Part shown: piece after piece, positions 18,993 to 28,473 of the stretch | Layout: each line of letters opens with the position of its first letter | Position numbering within the stretch: position 1 is the stretch's first letter | NCBI GenBank assembly: GCA_964618455.1 | Contig: CAZUAQ010000010.1 | Coordinates: 1-64,000, forward strand | Source: an uncultured Planctomycetales bacterium | GTDB lineage: Bacteria > Planctomycetota > Phycisphaerae > UBA1845 > PWPN01 | Direction of reading: 5' to 3' | DNA: 64,000 nt | The notes under the pieces: model-generated | Seen by the model: only the letters and a program-made list of their open reading frames with translations | Databases searched by the model: none | Told to the model about the DNA's origin: nothing | Made by a program: the position numbers and the translations under genes

Positions 18993-19034
18993 AAAAAGCC
19001 CGGATGAAGGTATCTTCATCCGGGCCTGGGTTTT
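18993..19034. terminator. Bidirectional intrinsic terminator between convergent genes
   Basis: aaaaag-cccggatgaag-gtat-cttcatccggg-cctgggtttt: perfect 11-bp stem flanked by an A-run (left) and a T-run (right). Confidence 0.7.
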
Positions 19035-19062
19035 CAGTCTCTCAGGATATCGCCCGTCGGGC

Positions 19063-20517
19063 TTATCCCTGCAGCAGCGACAGCACGCTCTGCGAGGTGG
19101 TGTTCGCGATGGCCAGCACCGAGGTGCCCGCATTGACCAGAATCTGGTTTCGGGTCAATCGGGAGGTTTCGGCCGCGAAGTCCGTATCGCGAATGGCAGA
19201 CTCGCTGGACATCAGGTTTTCCATCGTAATGGTCAACGAGTTGATGTTGGTCTGCAGCGTGTTCCGCTCAAAGGCGCCCAGCCGTCCTCGGAGCACCGCC
19301 ACCTGGCGGATCGCTTCGTTGACGATGAGTGACGATTGCGCGGCGTTCGTGACGTTGCGAATCACTTCAAAATCACCGCCTTCCTTGATCTGACTCAGGA
19401 ACCCGACGTTGGCGTTTCCGAGCCGGGAAGCCGCGATCGACTGCACGCCGATGTTCACCTGCTGGTTCGGACTGACGTCCGGACCGAGCTGGAACAGGGC
19501 GCCACCGCCGGTGACCGCGAACGCGGTCGACCCGATCCCGAAGCTTTCCTCGAGGGTCAGCGAGAGATCGAGATTGCGTGTGTTCAGGACGAGGTCGAGA
19601 CCGCGACCGATGCTCTTCGCACCGTTGATGGTCGCGACCGCGTCGCGCCCGTCGTCGCGCTTGAAACCGTCGCCCAGCGTCACCCCGTTCTCGTTCACGA
19701 GATCGAAGTTGCCGCTCCCGGGCAGAAGTGAGACTTCCACGAACTCGTCACTTCCGTAGCCGACGCTCTGCAGCGTCATCCCGCTGGCGGGATTGGCGCT
19801 GTTGATGAGCTGGGCCTCGATACCGCTGCCTTCGGTCTCCCGGTTGATCGCGGCCACGATGTCCGAAGCCGTGGTCCCCGAGACGAACTCGATGACCGTC
19901 GTTCCCAGCACACCGCGCACCTCGATCGAGATGCTGCTGGCAATGGACGAGGTCTGGAACTGCAGCATCGCCTTCTGCGCCGACGTCGTTACGGCGACGT
20001 CCACGGGGATGAAGCTGGCGTTCCCGAACTTCGCGGAATGGACCGCGAGTGTGGCGATGGCGGAACTCTGCACACCGCTGGTGATGTAGCCGAGATCTCC
20101 GTTCAGCAGAGGTCTCCCGGCAAAGGTTGTCGAATTGGCGATACGCGTGATGGACTCGATGGCCGAGTCGATCTGCAATTGATTGGCACGCTTCTCATCG
20201 TCGGACAAGGCGGCATCGTTGGCAATTTCAACGATCAGACCCTGAATATCGATGAGCAAGGCGGCCGCTTCGTCGAGGGCGCCTTCGGTCGTGGCGATGA
20301 TGTTGATCGCTCTTTGCGAGTTGCTGATGGCCTTCTGGACACCCGCAATCTCGGCCCGCAGACTCTCGGAATTGATGAGACCTGCCGGATCATCGGCACC
20401 ACGATTGATACGAAGACCACTCGAGAGGCGTTCCAACGAGACTTGAAGATCACGTTGCGTGCGACTCAACGTGCGTTGCGCGACTATCGCCGGTACGTTT
20501 GTGTTGATCCTAGCCAT
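19063..20517 (-). CDS. fliC: Flagellin
   Basis: N-terminal MARINTNVPAIVAQRTLSRTQRDLQVSLERLSSGLRINRGADDPAG and C-terminal LTRNQILVNAGTSVLAIANTTSQSVLSLLQG flagellin D0/D1 helices. Confidence 0.9.
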   Translation of the reverse strand: MARINTNVPAIVAQRTLSRTQRDLQVSLERLSSGLRINRGADDPAGLINSESLRAEIAGVQKAISNSQRAINIIATTEGALDEAAALLIDIQGLIVEIANDAALSDDEKRANQLQIDSAIESITRIANSTTFAGRPLLNGDLGYITSGVQSSAIATLAVHSAKFGNASFIPVDVAVTTSAQKAMLQFQTSSIASSISIEVRGVLGTTVIEFVSGTTASDIVAAINRETEGSGIEAQLINSANPASGMTLQSVGYGSDEFVEVSLLPGSGNFDLVNENGVTLGDGFKRDDGRDAVATINGAKSIGRGLDLVLNTRNLDLSLTLEESFGIGSTAFAVTGGGALFQLGPDVSPNQQVNIGVQSIAASRLGNANVGFLSQIKEGGDFEVIRNVTNAAQSSLIVNEAIRQVAVLRGRLGAFERNTLQTNINSLTITMENLMSSESAIRDTDFAAETSRLTRNQILVNAGTSVLAIANTTSQSVLSLLQG

Positions 20518-20599
20518 TTTGCAATCCTCCTTGATTGATGCCTGGCTACGAATCCGTCATCTTGACGGATGGACCCGCGTTTCTCCGCGGGCGGGCAGG

Positions 20600-20851
20600 C
20601 TACCCCTTGTCTGGACTCCCGGCGTTGCCCTTGGGAGCACCTGCCACGTTTGCAATGTCATCCGGCTTTACATTAGCCGCCGCACGATTTTCCCGTTTGA
20701 TCGCTTCGTATACTTCTTTTCGATGGACGGGGATGTCCTGTGGGGCGTTGATCCCCAGTCGGACTTTATCACCGCGAATGTCGACAACCGTGATCTCGAT
20801 ATGATCGCCGATCATGATTGTCTGGTCGCGTTGTCTGGATAGCACCAACAT
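20600..20851 (-). CDS. csrA: Carbon storage regulator CsrA
   Basis: MLVLSRQRDQTIMIGDHIEITVVDIRGDKVRLGINAPQDIPVHRKEVY matches the CsrA consensus; next to fliW and flagellin. Confidence 0.9.
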   Translation of the reverse strand: MLVLSRQRDQTIMIGDHIEITVVDIRGDKVRLGINAPQDIPVHRKEVYEAIKRENRAAANVKPDDIANVAGAPKGNAGSPDKG

Positions 20852-21104
20852 CCTCGGCTCCTTCCTTGGCCATGCCGATGCTTGTGAAGAATCCCTGCTT
20901 GACGTTGCCGGACTCCGATCCCCTTTTCGGCATGGGGACGTTTGATCGGAGGGGCGGGAGGTCGGCGTATGACCCGCCCTCGGACAACCTGTGATGTCAA
21001 GCAGCCGTTTGAGTGCATCCGCTCAAGCCAGAGCATTCATTATACCGTCCGGCCATCCTTGACCAAAATAACAGTATAATCTTCCTGGCGGCACGGATCG
21101 CACC

Positions 21105-21557
21105 TTATGCCGTCTTGCTGACGGCAGCCTCCCGTTGATTGAGATTCATCAACGGATGCCGCGTCGAATAACGGCGATCGCTCAGCACGAGCTGCTTGGC
21201 TTCACGCGTGTCCACGTTGACCACGATCGGCCCCTGCAGGTTCCCGGTCAGCATGTCGTCCACCTTGTTGACGATGGTGAAGACCTGCGCGTCGGACGGA
21301 TCCGACAAGCCGATCTGCGACAGCTCTTCCAGCTTGACCGGGACGACGTAGTCCGGCACGAAGAGCCTCGGGTCACAGACCACGAAGGCCAGGTCCGCGC
21401 GTCCGACCGCCTGCAGCCAATAGAACCCACTGCTCTCCGCTGTTTGAATCAGCGCGTACTCCTGTTGATCCGGAAACCCGAGGACGCCTTTCGGGAACCG
21501 GATCAGTCGAGTCTCATCGACCTCCAAAGGTCCAAAGCGCGACGTTTCGATGATCAT
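21105..21557 (-). CDS. fliW: Flagellar assembly factor FliW
   Basis: Start MIIETSRFGPLEVDETRLIRFPKGVLGFPDQQEYALI (ATG reverse complement at 21555-21557); FliW/DUF180 signature; the longer upstream extension is G/R-rich and not credible. Confidence 0.8.
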   Translation of the reverse strand: MIIETSRFGPLEVDETRLIRFPKGVLGFPDQQEYALIQTAESSGFYWLQAVGRADLAFVVCDPRLFVPDYVVPVKLEELSQIGLSDPSDAQVFTIVNKVDDMLTGNLQGPIVVNVDTREAKQLVLSDRRYSTRHPLMNLNQREAAVSKTA

Positions 21558-21856
21558 CGCGACTCTCCTGATTGACCCATCCCAGGAACGATCAATCGCA
21601 CACGTGCTCACCTGGACTTCGGCCCCGCCATCCTTAGCGTGGAAACCACCGTCGTCCCGGCCACCTCCATTCGCACATCTGCGACCCGCGTGATCCTCAT
21701 CGCTACCCGGCATAACCCATCCGGGCAATCGTCAGCGCGACGTCGCTGGGTCAACGGACGACGCCTCGCACTTCTTTCTCCTCCACCCTTCTTTCCCGTC
21801 TCCTGCGTTCGTTCTTTTCCCTCATCCCACCCGGCTCAACCCGGTGGGCGTTCGTC

Positions 21857-23812
21857 TCAGATAAAGTCCAGCAGCGATAACTGCAGAATCCGCGAACCGG
21901 TCAGCAGGTTCGCCTGCAACGCCGTCTGGGCCTGTTGAAATCGGGTCACCGCCTCGGTGTAGTCCAGGTCCTGAACCTCGCTCAGCAGCGCGGTCGAGGA
22001 CACCACCGCGTCTTCCGTCAGTTCCAGTCGCGTGTTCATCGCGCGGGAGCGGGCACCCATCACGCCCTGCAGCCGGTTCGTCTGATCGATGAACGCGTTG
22101 ATCCGTTCGCCTGCGTCGGTGATCGCCTGCACGTCACCGGCCTTGAGAGAATCGAAGAGATCGATCAGCGCCGTGAAGACACTGTCCACCCGAACGGTGC
22201 CCGGATCGTTGCTGAACAGTTCCGTGTCTCCGGCATTGGTCACCGTCGTGTTCAAACCGAGATCGTCGATCGCCGACGAGAAGTTTTGTCGCTCGATCCG
22301 CAGCGTGCCCGTCCCGCCGGTCGCGTCGGTGATGAGAATGCCGTTGCCCGTGGGCGGGAGCGATGCCGTCACCGACACGCCGGCAGCGCCCGCCGCCGCG
22401 TTGATCGTGTCGAGGACGTCCTGAAGCGTGGTCGCCCCGTCGAGATTGACGTTTACGATCTGACCGTCCTTGGCGATGATCCGGAAGTCGTCCTGACCGT
22501 CCTTGAACGACACGCCTTTGCCGTCGTTCAGCGTGCTCAGTTCCGTGCCACCGTAGAGCGTGCGGATGCCGAGTTGCGTGGCGGTGTCGCCGCCCGCTTC
22601 GCCGATGCTCATCCGCGTGCCCGACGAGATGTTCACGACGTCGAGGCTGCCGTTTTCCTGATCGATCCGCACGCGCACCTGGAGGCCCGTCGACTCGATG
22701 GCGTTGATGACATCGCCGATCGTTTCCGCCGCGCTGAGATCGACCGTCGCACTCTGGCCGCCGTTGGTCACCTGCAACGAACCCAGCACGAGGCCGGTAC
22801 CGCCCAGCAGGCTGTCCAGCGTGGTGCGCGGAGTCAGTTTCGGATTGAGATCGTCGCCGCTGATCGTGGCGGCCCCGGTGCCGAGGATACCGAGGTCGCG
22901 TGCGGTCGTGGTCTGACCGACTTCTTCGACGGTCAGGTCGCTGCCGCTGATGCTCAGGTCGATCCCCGTTCCGGCGGCGTTGATCTCAGCGAAGAAGTCG
23001 CTGCCCGCCCCGACGGTCAGGCCGGCGTTCTTCGCCGCCTGGTTGATCAGGTCGACGACGTCACCCACCGTATCCGCCGATCGCAAGTCCACCGTGAACG
23101 AGAGGTCCGGCGAATCGAGCGTGAACTTCACGTACGATTTCTGGATGCCCGTCCCCGCCGCGCCGTGGAGATCGGCCAATCGCGTATCGGCGGTCAGGAT
23201 CGGATCGAGATCCACGTAACCTTCATGAATACCCGTCAGCGATCCGAAGAGTTCCGCCCCGTCGAGATTGATCTTGGGATCGAGAGTCTCGTCGACGGAA
23301 GTCGTCAGGCTGTTCGTATCCCCGACATACTCGACGCCGCCGAAGATCTGGGTGAACGGCGGCGACTGTGTCTGCTGCCCGCCGAAGAGATAGATGCCCT
23401 TGTATTGGCGGTTCCCGATGGTCACCATCTGGTCGATCATCGCGCGGATGAGTTCCGCCTGAGACTCCCGCTGATCCTGGTCCGCGTGGCTGTTCACCAT
23501 TTCCAGGGCGATGGCGTGGGCGTCGATCAGCAGATCGTTGACGTCCTGGATACCAACGTCGGTGGCGGTGAGCACGCCGTCGGCATGACGGATGTTGGCG
23601 AGAATCTGCTCCTGCCGCTCGAGGATCTGTGAGAGCTGAACCGCCTTGGCCGCCCCGACCGGATCCTCGCTCGGCGCGTTCAGCTTCCGCCCCGACGACA
23701 GTCGGTTCTGCTCGAGGAACATATCCAGCGTGTTGTTCCGCAGTGAACTCAGCAAGGAGAGCGTCTGCAGGCTCGAACTCACGCGTGCGATATTGATCGG
23801 TGTGATAGCCAT
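21857..23812 (-). CDS. flgL: Flagellar hook-associated protein 3
   Basis: Flagellin-like N-terminus (NRLSSGRKLNAPSEDPVGAAKAV) and C-terminal helix; 651 aa; downstream of flgK. Confidence 0.75.
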   Translation of the reverse strand: MAITPINIARVSSSLQTLSLLSSLRNNTLDMFLEQNRLSSGRKLNAPSEDPVGAAKAVQLSQILERQEQILANIRHADGVLTATDVGIQDVNDLLIDAHAIALEMVNSHADQDQRESQAELIRAMIDQMVTIGNRQYKGIYLFGGQQTQSPPFTQIFGGVEYVGDTNSLTTSVDETLDPKINLDGAELFGSLTGIHEGYVDLDPILTADTRLADLHGAAGTGIQKSYVKFTLDSPDLSFTVDLRSADTVGDVVDLINQAAKNAGLTVGAGSDFFAEINAAGTGIDLSISGSDLTVEEVGQTTTARDLGILGTGAATISGDDLNPKLTPRTTLDSLLGGTGLVLGSLQVTNGGQSATVDLSAAETIGDVINAIESTGLQVRVRIDQENGSLDVVNISSGTRMSIGEAGGDTATQLGIRTLYGGTELSTLNDGKGVSFKDGQDDFRIIAKDGQIVNVNLDGATTLQDVLDTINAAAGAAGVSVTASLPPTGNGILITDATGGTGTLRIERQNFSSAIDDLGLNTTVTNAGDTELFSNDPGTVRVDSVFTALIDLFDSLKAGDVQAITDAGERINAFIDQTNRLQGVMGARSRAMNTRLELTEDAVVSSTALLSEVQDLDYTEAVTRFQQAQTALQANLLTGSRILQLSLLDFI

Positions 23813-23881
23813 TGCGTTTCACCCGGGGTTACCCGGTCCGTTTTAACCTTGTATCGATCGCGTTTCGGCGACCGTTCTCTT

Positions 23882-25591
23882 TCAGCCCACCAGTGCCAGC
23901 ATCTCCTGCAGCAACCGGTCCACGGTGGTGGTGTACCGGGCCGCACCTTGAAACGCGCGTTCGTAGCGGATGAGGTGGATGGCTTCTTCATCCAGGCTCA
24001 CGCCGCTGACCGATTCGCGTTGTGCCGTCAGGGAAAGCACGATCGCGTCGATGGACTCGGCTTTGTCGAGTGCCGAGGCTGCCGTCGTGGCGACCTGTGT
24101 CGCGATCGAGGTATAGAACTCGTTGAGACTCTGCCCGCCGAGGCCTTCCTGGGGATCGAGCCCCAGCCGGGCGATGGCGGCGGCGTTCGAGCCGTCACCG
24201 GGCGTATTCTGCGTGGCGGCGGCGATCAGGAACGGGTTCTCGACCACGAAGCTGTTCAGCCCGATGTCCCGCGCGTCCGTACCCGTGAAGAGCGTGTTCA
24301 CGCCCAGCGCCGCCAGCACGTTCGACGTGTCTTCGGCGAACGTAAACTCGTATCCATCGTCGGCGGTGATGCTCAACCGCCCGTCGGCGGTCACTTCCGC
24401 CGTGATGTTCGAGGCCACCGCGTTGATCTGATCCACGATCGACTGCAGCGAATCGTCCGTGCCGATGCCGTCGAGATCCACGTTGATCTGGTACGAACGC
24501 TGCTGTGCCGTTTCCGAATCATGAACATGGATCAGGAACGAACCGTTCTTCGGCGTCAGGGCCAGTCCGTGCGCGGGGTCGTTCAATGCCAGCGTCGGGT
24601 CGTCCAGCGTGTATGTTCCGCGAACCAAGGTGAATTGCTCGTAACCTTGACCGCGGGCGTGGACCTGGTTGATCTCGCGTATCAGCGCCGTGGCCATGCC
24701 GTTGAGCGCATCGACCTGGCCTTGAATGTAGGTGTCGCGGGCGGTGACCAGCCCGGCGATCTGCCCGCCGCGAAGATCGATCGGCGAGTTGTTGTCGGCG
24801 AACCGGACGACCACGCGCGGTTGTTCATTCGTCGTCTCGAGCGTGGTGGTCAGGCCCCGGTTCAGCCCGCCCTGGATCAGCAGTTCGTTACCGATGTAGA
24901 CGTTGACGCTCCCGCCGGGCTGTTCGCGGATCTGAACCTGGATCAAGGCACTGAGTTCCTTCAGCAGGCCGTCGCGGCGATCGCGGAGATTGCTCGCGCC
25001 CGCGCCGCCGGTACTTTCCAGGTCGGTGATCTGCACGTTGATGTCGGCGATGGCCTCGGCCAGGCGATTGGCCTCGCCGACCACACCGGTCAACTCATCA
25101 TTGAGTTCGTCCCGCAGTTCGAGCAACTCGACGCGCTGGCGTTGAAGTTCCCGAATGATTGTCGAAGCGGACGAGACGACCACCTGCCGGCTGCCGAGAT
25201 CGTGCGGCTGGTTCTGAAGCTCGCTGAAGGAGTTGAAGAAGTCCTGCATGAGGCTCGACAGGTCGCTTTCGGAAAGTTCGTTGAAGATGCCTTCGATCCG
25301 GGCGAGCAGTTGCCGCTCGATCTGGGCGCCCGCCTGATCGCCGAGGGCGATGCGGATGCGGTTTTCCAGCGACTCATCGACGTTGCGCTTGAGCGCGGAC
25401 AGGGCAACGCCTCCGCCGGGCGCGAATCCCTCGGGCAGGACGACGCCGCCGGCGGGGTTGAGCACGGGCGTCTGGCGCGTGTAGTTCTCGTTCCCTGCGT
25501 TGGTCACGTTGTTACCGACGACCTGCAGGGCGCTCTGATACGCGAGCAACGCGCTCTTGCCGATTTGTAATGCGCCTGTCATCAAGCCCAT
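23882..25591 (-). CDS. flgK: Flagellar hook-associated protein 1
   Basis: N-terminal MGLMTGALQIGKSALLAYQSALQVVGNNVTNAGNENYTRQ, the rod/hook FlgK family motif; 569 aa. Confidence 0.8.
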   Translation of the reverse strand: MGLMTGALQIGKSALLAYQSALQVVGNNVTNAGNENYTRQTPVLNPAGGVVLPEGFAPGGGVALSALKRNVDESLENRIRIALGDQAGAQIERQLLARIEGIFNELSESDLSSLMQDFFNSFSELQNQPHDLGSRQVVVSSASTIIRELQRQRVELLELRDELNDELTGVVGEANRLAEAIADINVQITDLESTGGAGASNLRDRRDGLLKELSALIQVQIREQPGGSVNVYIGNELLIQGGLNRGLTTTLETTNEQPRVVVRFADNNSPIDLRGGQIAGLVTARDTYIQGQVDALNGMATALIREINQVHARGQGYEQFTLVRGTYTLDDPTLALNDPAHGLALTPKNGSFLIHVHDSETAQQRSYQINVDLDGIGTDDSLQSIVDQINAVASNITAEVTADGRLSITADDGYEFTFAEDTSNVLAALGVNTLFTGTDARDIGLNSFVVENPFLIAAATQNTPGDGSNAAAIARLGLDPQEGLGGQSLNEFYTSIATQVATTAASALDKAESIDAIVLSLTAQRESVSGVSLDEEAIHLIRYERAFQGAARYTTTVDRLLQEMLALVG

Positions 25592-25594
25592 GAC

Positions 25595-26110
25595 TTAGCC
25601 CACCGCCTCGAAAACGTTGGCCGAAGAATCATCCGCGCGCCGGCCGTTCGGCGCGTACGTCTCTGGATCCGAATGCCCACGCGTCATCACGTGAAGCACG
25701 TCGTGCAGATGCGACAGCATCGATTCGGTCACCAGCGTGGATTTCAGGCGGGCCCGCTCCAGCGTCTTCAGCTTCGCCTTCAGCCCCGACGACGCCACCA
25801 GCAGGCGGCTCCGCATCGGCTCGCGGAAATAGCCCGCCAACTCGCTCAGCCGCATCGTCCGGTTCTCGTCCACGCCCAGTCCTTCGTGAATCCGTTTCAT
25901 CATCTGCCGGCGAAGACCGTCGCGCTCGGCGATGTGATTGATCAACGCCAGTTCTTTCGCGTTCAGCTCTTCGAGGGCATCGACGTCGGCTTTCTTGACC
26001 ACCTCGATCTTCTGCTGCATCAGCGCGGTCAGCTCGCCCTGAAGCTCCGCCAGGTGGTTCAGCAAACGCACCAGGTTGTCCACCAGGATGTCCACGCTCA
26101 CTTTAGCCAA
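25595..26110 (-). CDS. FlgN-like flagellar export chaperone (start uncertain; TTG at 26110 or GTG at 26101)
   Basis: About 170-aa coiled-coil protein immediately upstream of flgK; the listed ORF's first 26 aa (R/K-rich) overlap the upstream gene and are probably not translated. Confidence 0.45.
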   Translation of the reverse strand: MAKVSVDILVDNLVRLLNHLAELQGELTALMQQKIEVVKKADVDALEELNAKELALINHIAERDGLRRQMMKRIHEGLGVDENRTMRLSELAGYFREPMRSRLLVASSGLKAKLKTLERARLKSTLVTESMLSHLHDVLHVMTRGHSDPETYAPNGRRADDSSANVFEAVG

Positions 26111-26498
26111 CGCCGTTCTCCTTCTGTCCCGTTTCTTCCGCCTCGTTCGGATCCGTGTATGGTTCCGTCGCATCCGAGGAGGTCGCATCGATCCGATCCG
26201 CGTAGCGCTCCGCCATCCGGTCGTACATGGTGTTGAGGAAGCCCACCTGCGACGACTGGCTGATCCGCGTCACGAGTTCCTCATCCAACTGGCCGCGAAA
26301 CATCTCCTCGCCGCGGCCGCCATGACCGAATTCGCTCTTGAACGTCGACTCCCTTGCCATCTTCAGCATCGATCCGAAGAACGTCTGGCCGACCACCTCG
26401 TTCACCGCCACGCGCAGCGCCGCGCGCTTCTGCGTTGCCGTGGCATCCGGATGGACCCCCTGGCGGAGAACATGAGACAGGCCGCCCGTCGTACTCAT
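26103..26498 (-). CDS. flgJ: Flagellar rod-binding protein (FlgJ N-terminal-domain-like, no hydrolase domain)
   Basis: FFGSMLKMARES...MFRGQLDEELVTRI...VGFLNTMY resembles the Rod_binding domain; located directly after flgI. Confidence 0.6.
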   Translation of the reverse strand: MSTTGGLSHVLRQGVHPDATATQKRAALRVAVNEVVGQTFFGSMLKMARESTFKSEFGHGGRGEEMFRGQLDEELVTRISQSSQVGFLNTMYDRMAERYADRIDATSSDATEPYTDPNEAEETGQKENGVG

Positions 26499-26535
26499 CG
26501 TTTCGACTCCCTATCGTTGCCGTGCATGACTCGAC

Positions 26536-27681
26536 TTACTCTTCCACACGCAACGTCGCGTGCAACTTTCCGATCTTGTGCAGGTGCTCGACGATGGCGA
26601 TGCGGTCCTCGATCGGGACGCGAAGCTGGACCAGCGCCGCCACGAGATCCTCGAGGTTCGTGCCGCTCTTCCAGGCCGCCTCGTCCTGCGGCGCGTCACC
26701 CTGCTGCTGCTCGGGATTCCGCTCGGGATCGGTGATCGTGATCGTCAATCCGCCCTGGTTGACAATTGCCGGGTACACCTCGACGTCACCCGAGATGGCG
26801 ATCGTCTTGGTCTTGCGATTGATCGTGACCCGCGCCTCGGTGTATGGCATCATGAGTTGCTGGTTTTCCAGCCGGGCCAGGAACGGCGCGGGGTTCATCA
26901 ACTCCTGCCGCGGGACGCGAATCAACACCGTCCGCGGATCGATCGCCATGGCGATCTGGTTGCGGACATCGCCCGAGGCCAGGTCGGGGTTCGATTCCTC
27001 GCGGTTGATCGCATCGGCGATGTTGTCGGCGATGGCCCATTCGGCATGGGGTTCGTCGATGACCAGCGTGACGTAGCGCTCGTCGGGGCGGATCCAGGCG
27101 CGGTTGCGGATTTCGATCGGCAGTGATCGTCCGTCAATCATGTACGTATGCACCCAGTTGCGTTCGAGTGTCGCGCCCTGCGGAATGCGTCCCGTCGTGG
27201 AAATATCCTCTTCTTCGAGCTTGACCGGACCCGCCGCCGTCGCCCAGATCTGGCCGTCCTCGGGGTTCGGGCCGGTCAGCGGCGTCATCAGCAAACGCCC
27301 GCCGCGAAGGCTCTTCGCCGGGCCGACACTGCTCACGTGCACGTCCACGCGCTCACCTTCACGCACACCGTTGTCCGGCAGGACGATATCGACTGCGACA
27401 ATCGCGACATTGTCGACATCCTTGAACTCCTCGGGGCTCGCCACCGGCATCGCCATGCGCTTGTAGAACTGCATCAACGGGCGCATCACCGGCAGGTATT
27501 GTCCGCCATCACCGGTCCCGTTGAGACCGACGACCAGTCCCATCCCCGTGAGCCGGTTGGTGCGCGTGCCCTGGTAGTGCGTGATGTCGCTGATCTTCAC
27601 TGCCGACGCGCCGGAACACAGCGCCAGGCTCAGCCCGACCATCAGCATCAGGACATTCGAGTTGTTGCGATTCGTCGTCAT
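26536..27681 (-). CDS. flgI: Flagellar P-ring protein
   Basis: Signal peptide, then ISDITHYQGTRTNRLTGMGLVVGLNGTGD (FlgI hallmark); 381 aa. Confidence 0.9.
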   Translation of the reverse strand: MTTNRNNSNVLMLMVGLSLALCSGASAVKISDITHYQGTRTNRLTGMGLVVGLNGTGDGGQYLPVMRPLMQFYKRMAMPVASPEEFKDVDNVAIVAVDIVLPDNGVREGERVDVHVSSVGPAKSLRGGRLLMTPLTGPNPEDGQIWATAAGPVKLEEEDISTTGRIPQGATLERNWVHTYMIDGRSLPIEIRNRAWIRPDERYVTLVIDEPHAEWAIADNIADAINREESNPDLASGDVRNQIAMAIDPRTVLIRVPRQELMNPAPFLARLENQQLMMPYTEARVTINRKTKTIAISGDVEVYPAIVNQGGLTITITDPERNPEQQQGDAPQDEAAWKSGTNLEDLVAALVQLRVPIEDRIAIVEHLHKIGKLHATLRVEE

Positions 27682-27717
27682 GCGAAACTCCTGGAGACGC
27701 CTCGATCACCCACTCGG

Positions 27718-28473
27718 TCAGAACGGCTTGGTGAAGTCCAGAATCCGGGGAACCCATCCACGCTGTTCGGCATCGCGCACCGCGCCCTTGTTTTTCTCCG
27801 TCACGACAATCTCCGCCAGTTGCGTGCTCAGCACGGTGTTGGCGGGGGTGACATCCTCGCTCCGGCAGATGCCGGTCAGCGTGACTTCCATGACTTCCTC
27901 GTCATGCATCTGGCGCGACCGCGCCTCGATCACCAGGTTCCCGTTGGGCTTCACGTCGATGACGGTGGCCTGGATGCTGGTCGTGAACTTGTCCTCGCGA
28001 TCCTTCTCGCCCTCGGTCTCGTACTTGTCGCTGTACTGAAAAGCGAAGCCCGGCTGGCCGTTCGTGAGTTGATCCGTCCCGAGATGCTTGAGATCACCGT
28101 GGAAGCGGAACCACTCGGAAAGCTTGCCGTCGATGTCCCAGGATTTCTCCTTGTCATACTCCGCCTGCCCCTCGTAGCGCTTGTGCTGGCGGACGATCAC
28201 GTTGATCAGGTCGTTGACCTTGAATTTGCGCGGTTCCGCCGGCGAGATCGCGAACATGGAGACCTGCTCCAGCGTGCGCGTCGCCGGGGCGGACTGGCCC
28301 TTCGGGGGCATGGTGGTGAACCGATCCTCACCTGCCACCTTGGCCGGGTCGGGTTCCTCCTGCTGATCCACCGGTAGCGGCGCCGAGCGGAACAGCAGCG
28401 ATGAGGACTGGGCCGCGACCGTATTGGCCGCGAGTCCGGTCATTGCCATCATGAGCAGGGCTTTTTGCATCAC
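27718..28473 (-). CDS. flgH: Flagellar L-ring protein
   Basis: Signal peptide; FlgH-like central region (NDLINVIVRQ...) and C-terminus; ATGA overlap with flgA. Confidence 0.8.
   Translation of the reverse strand: MMQKALLMMAMTGLAANTVAAQSSSLLFRSAPLPVDQQEEPDPAKVAGEDRFTTMPPKGQSAPATRTLEQVSMFAISPAEPRKFKVNDLINVIVRQHKRYEGQAEYDKEKSWDIDGKLSEWFRFHGDLKHLGTDQLTNGQPGFAFQYSDKYETEGEKDREDKFTTSIQATVIDVKPNGNLVIEARSRQMHDEEVMEVTLTGICRSEDVTPANTVLSTQLAEIVVTEKNKGAVRDAEQRGWVPRILDFTKPF

Noticed and set aside
25595-26188. Listed ATG start for the FlgN-like gene at 26188
   Set aside because: The first 26 codons (MRPPRMRRNHTRIRTRRKKRDRRRTA) are purely basic and overlap the rod-binding gene. A TTG or GTG start at 26110/26101 is more plausible.
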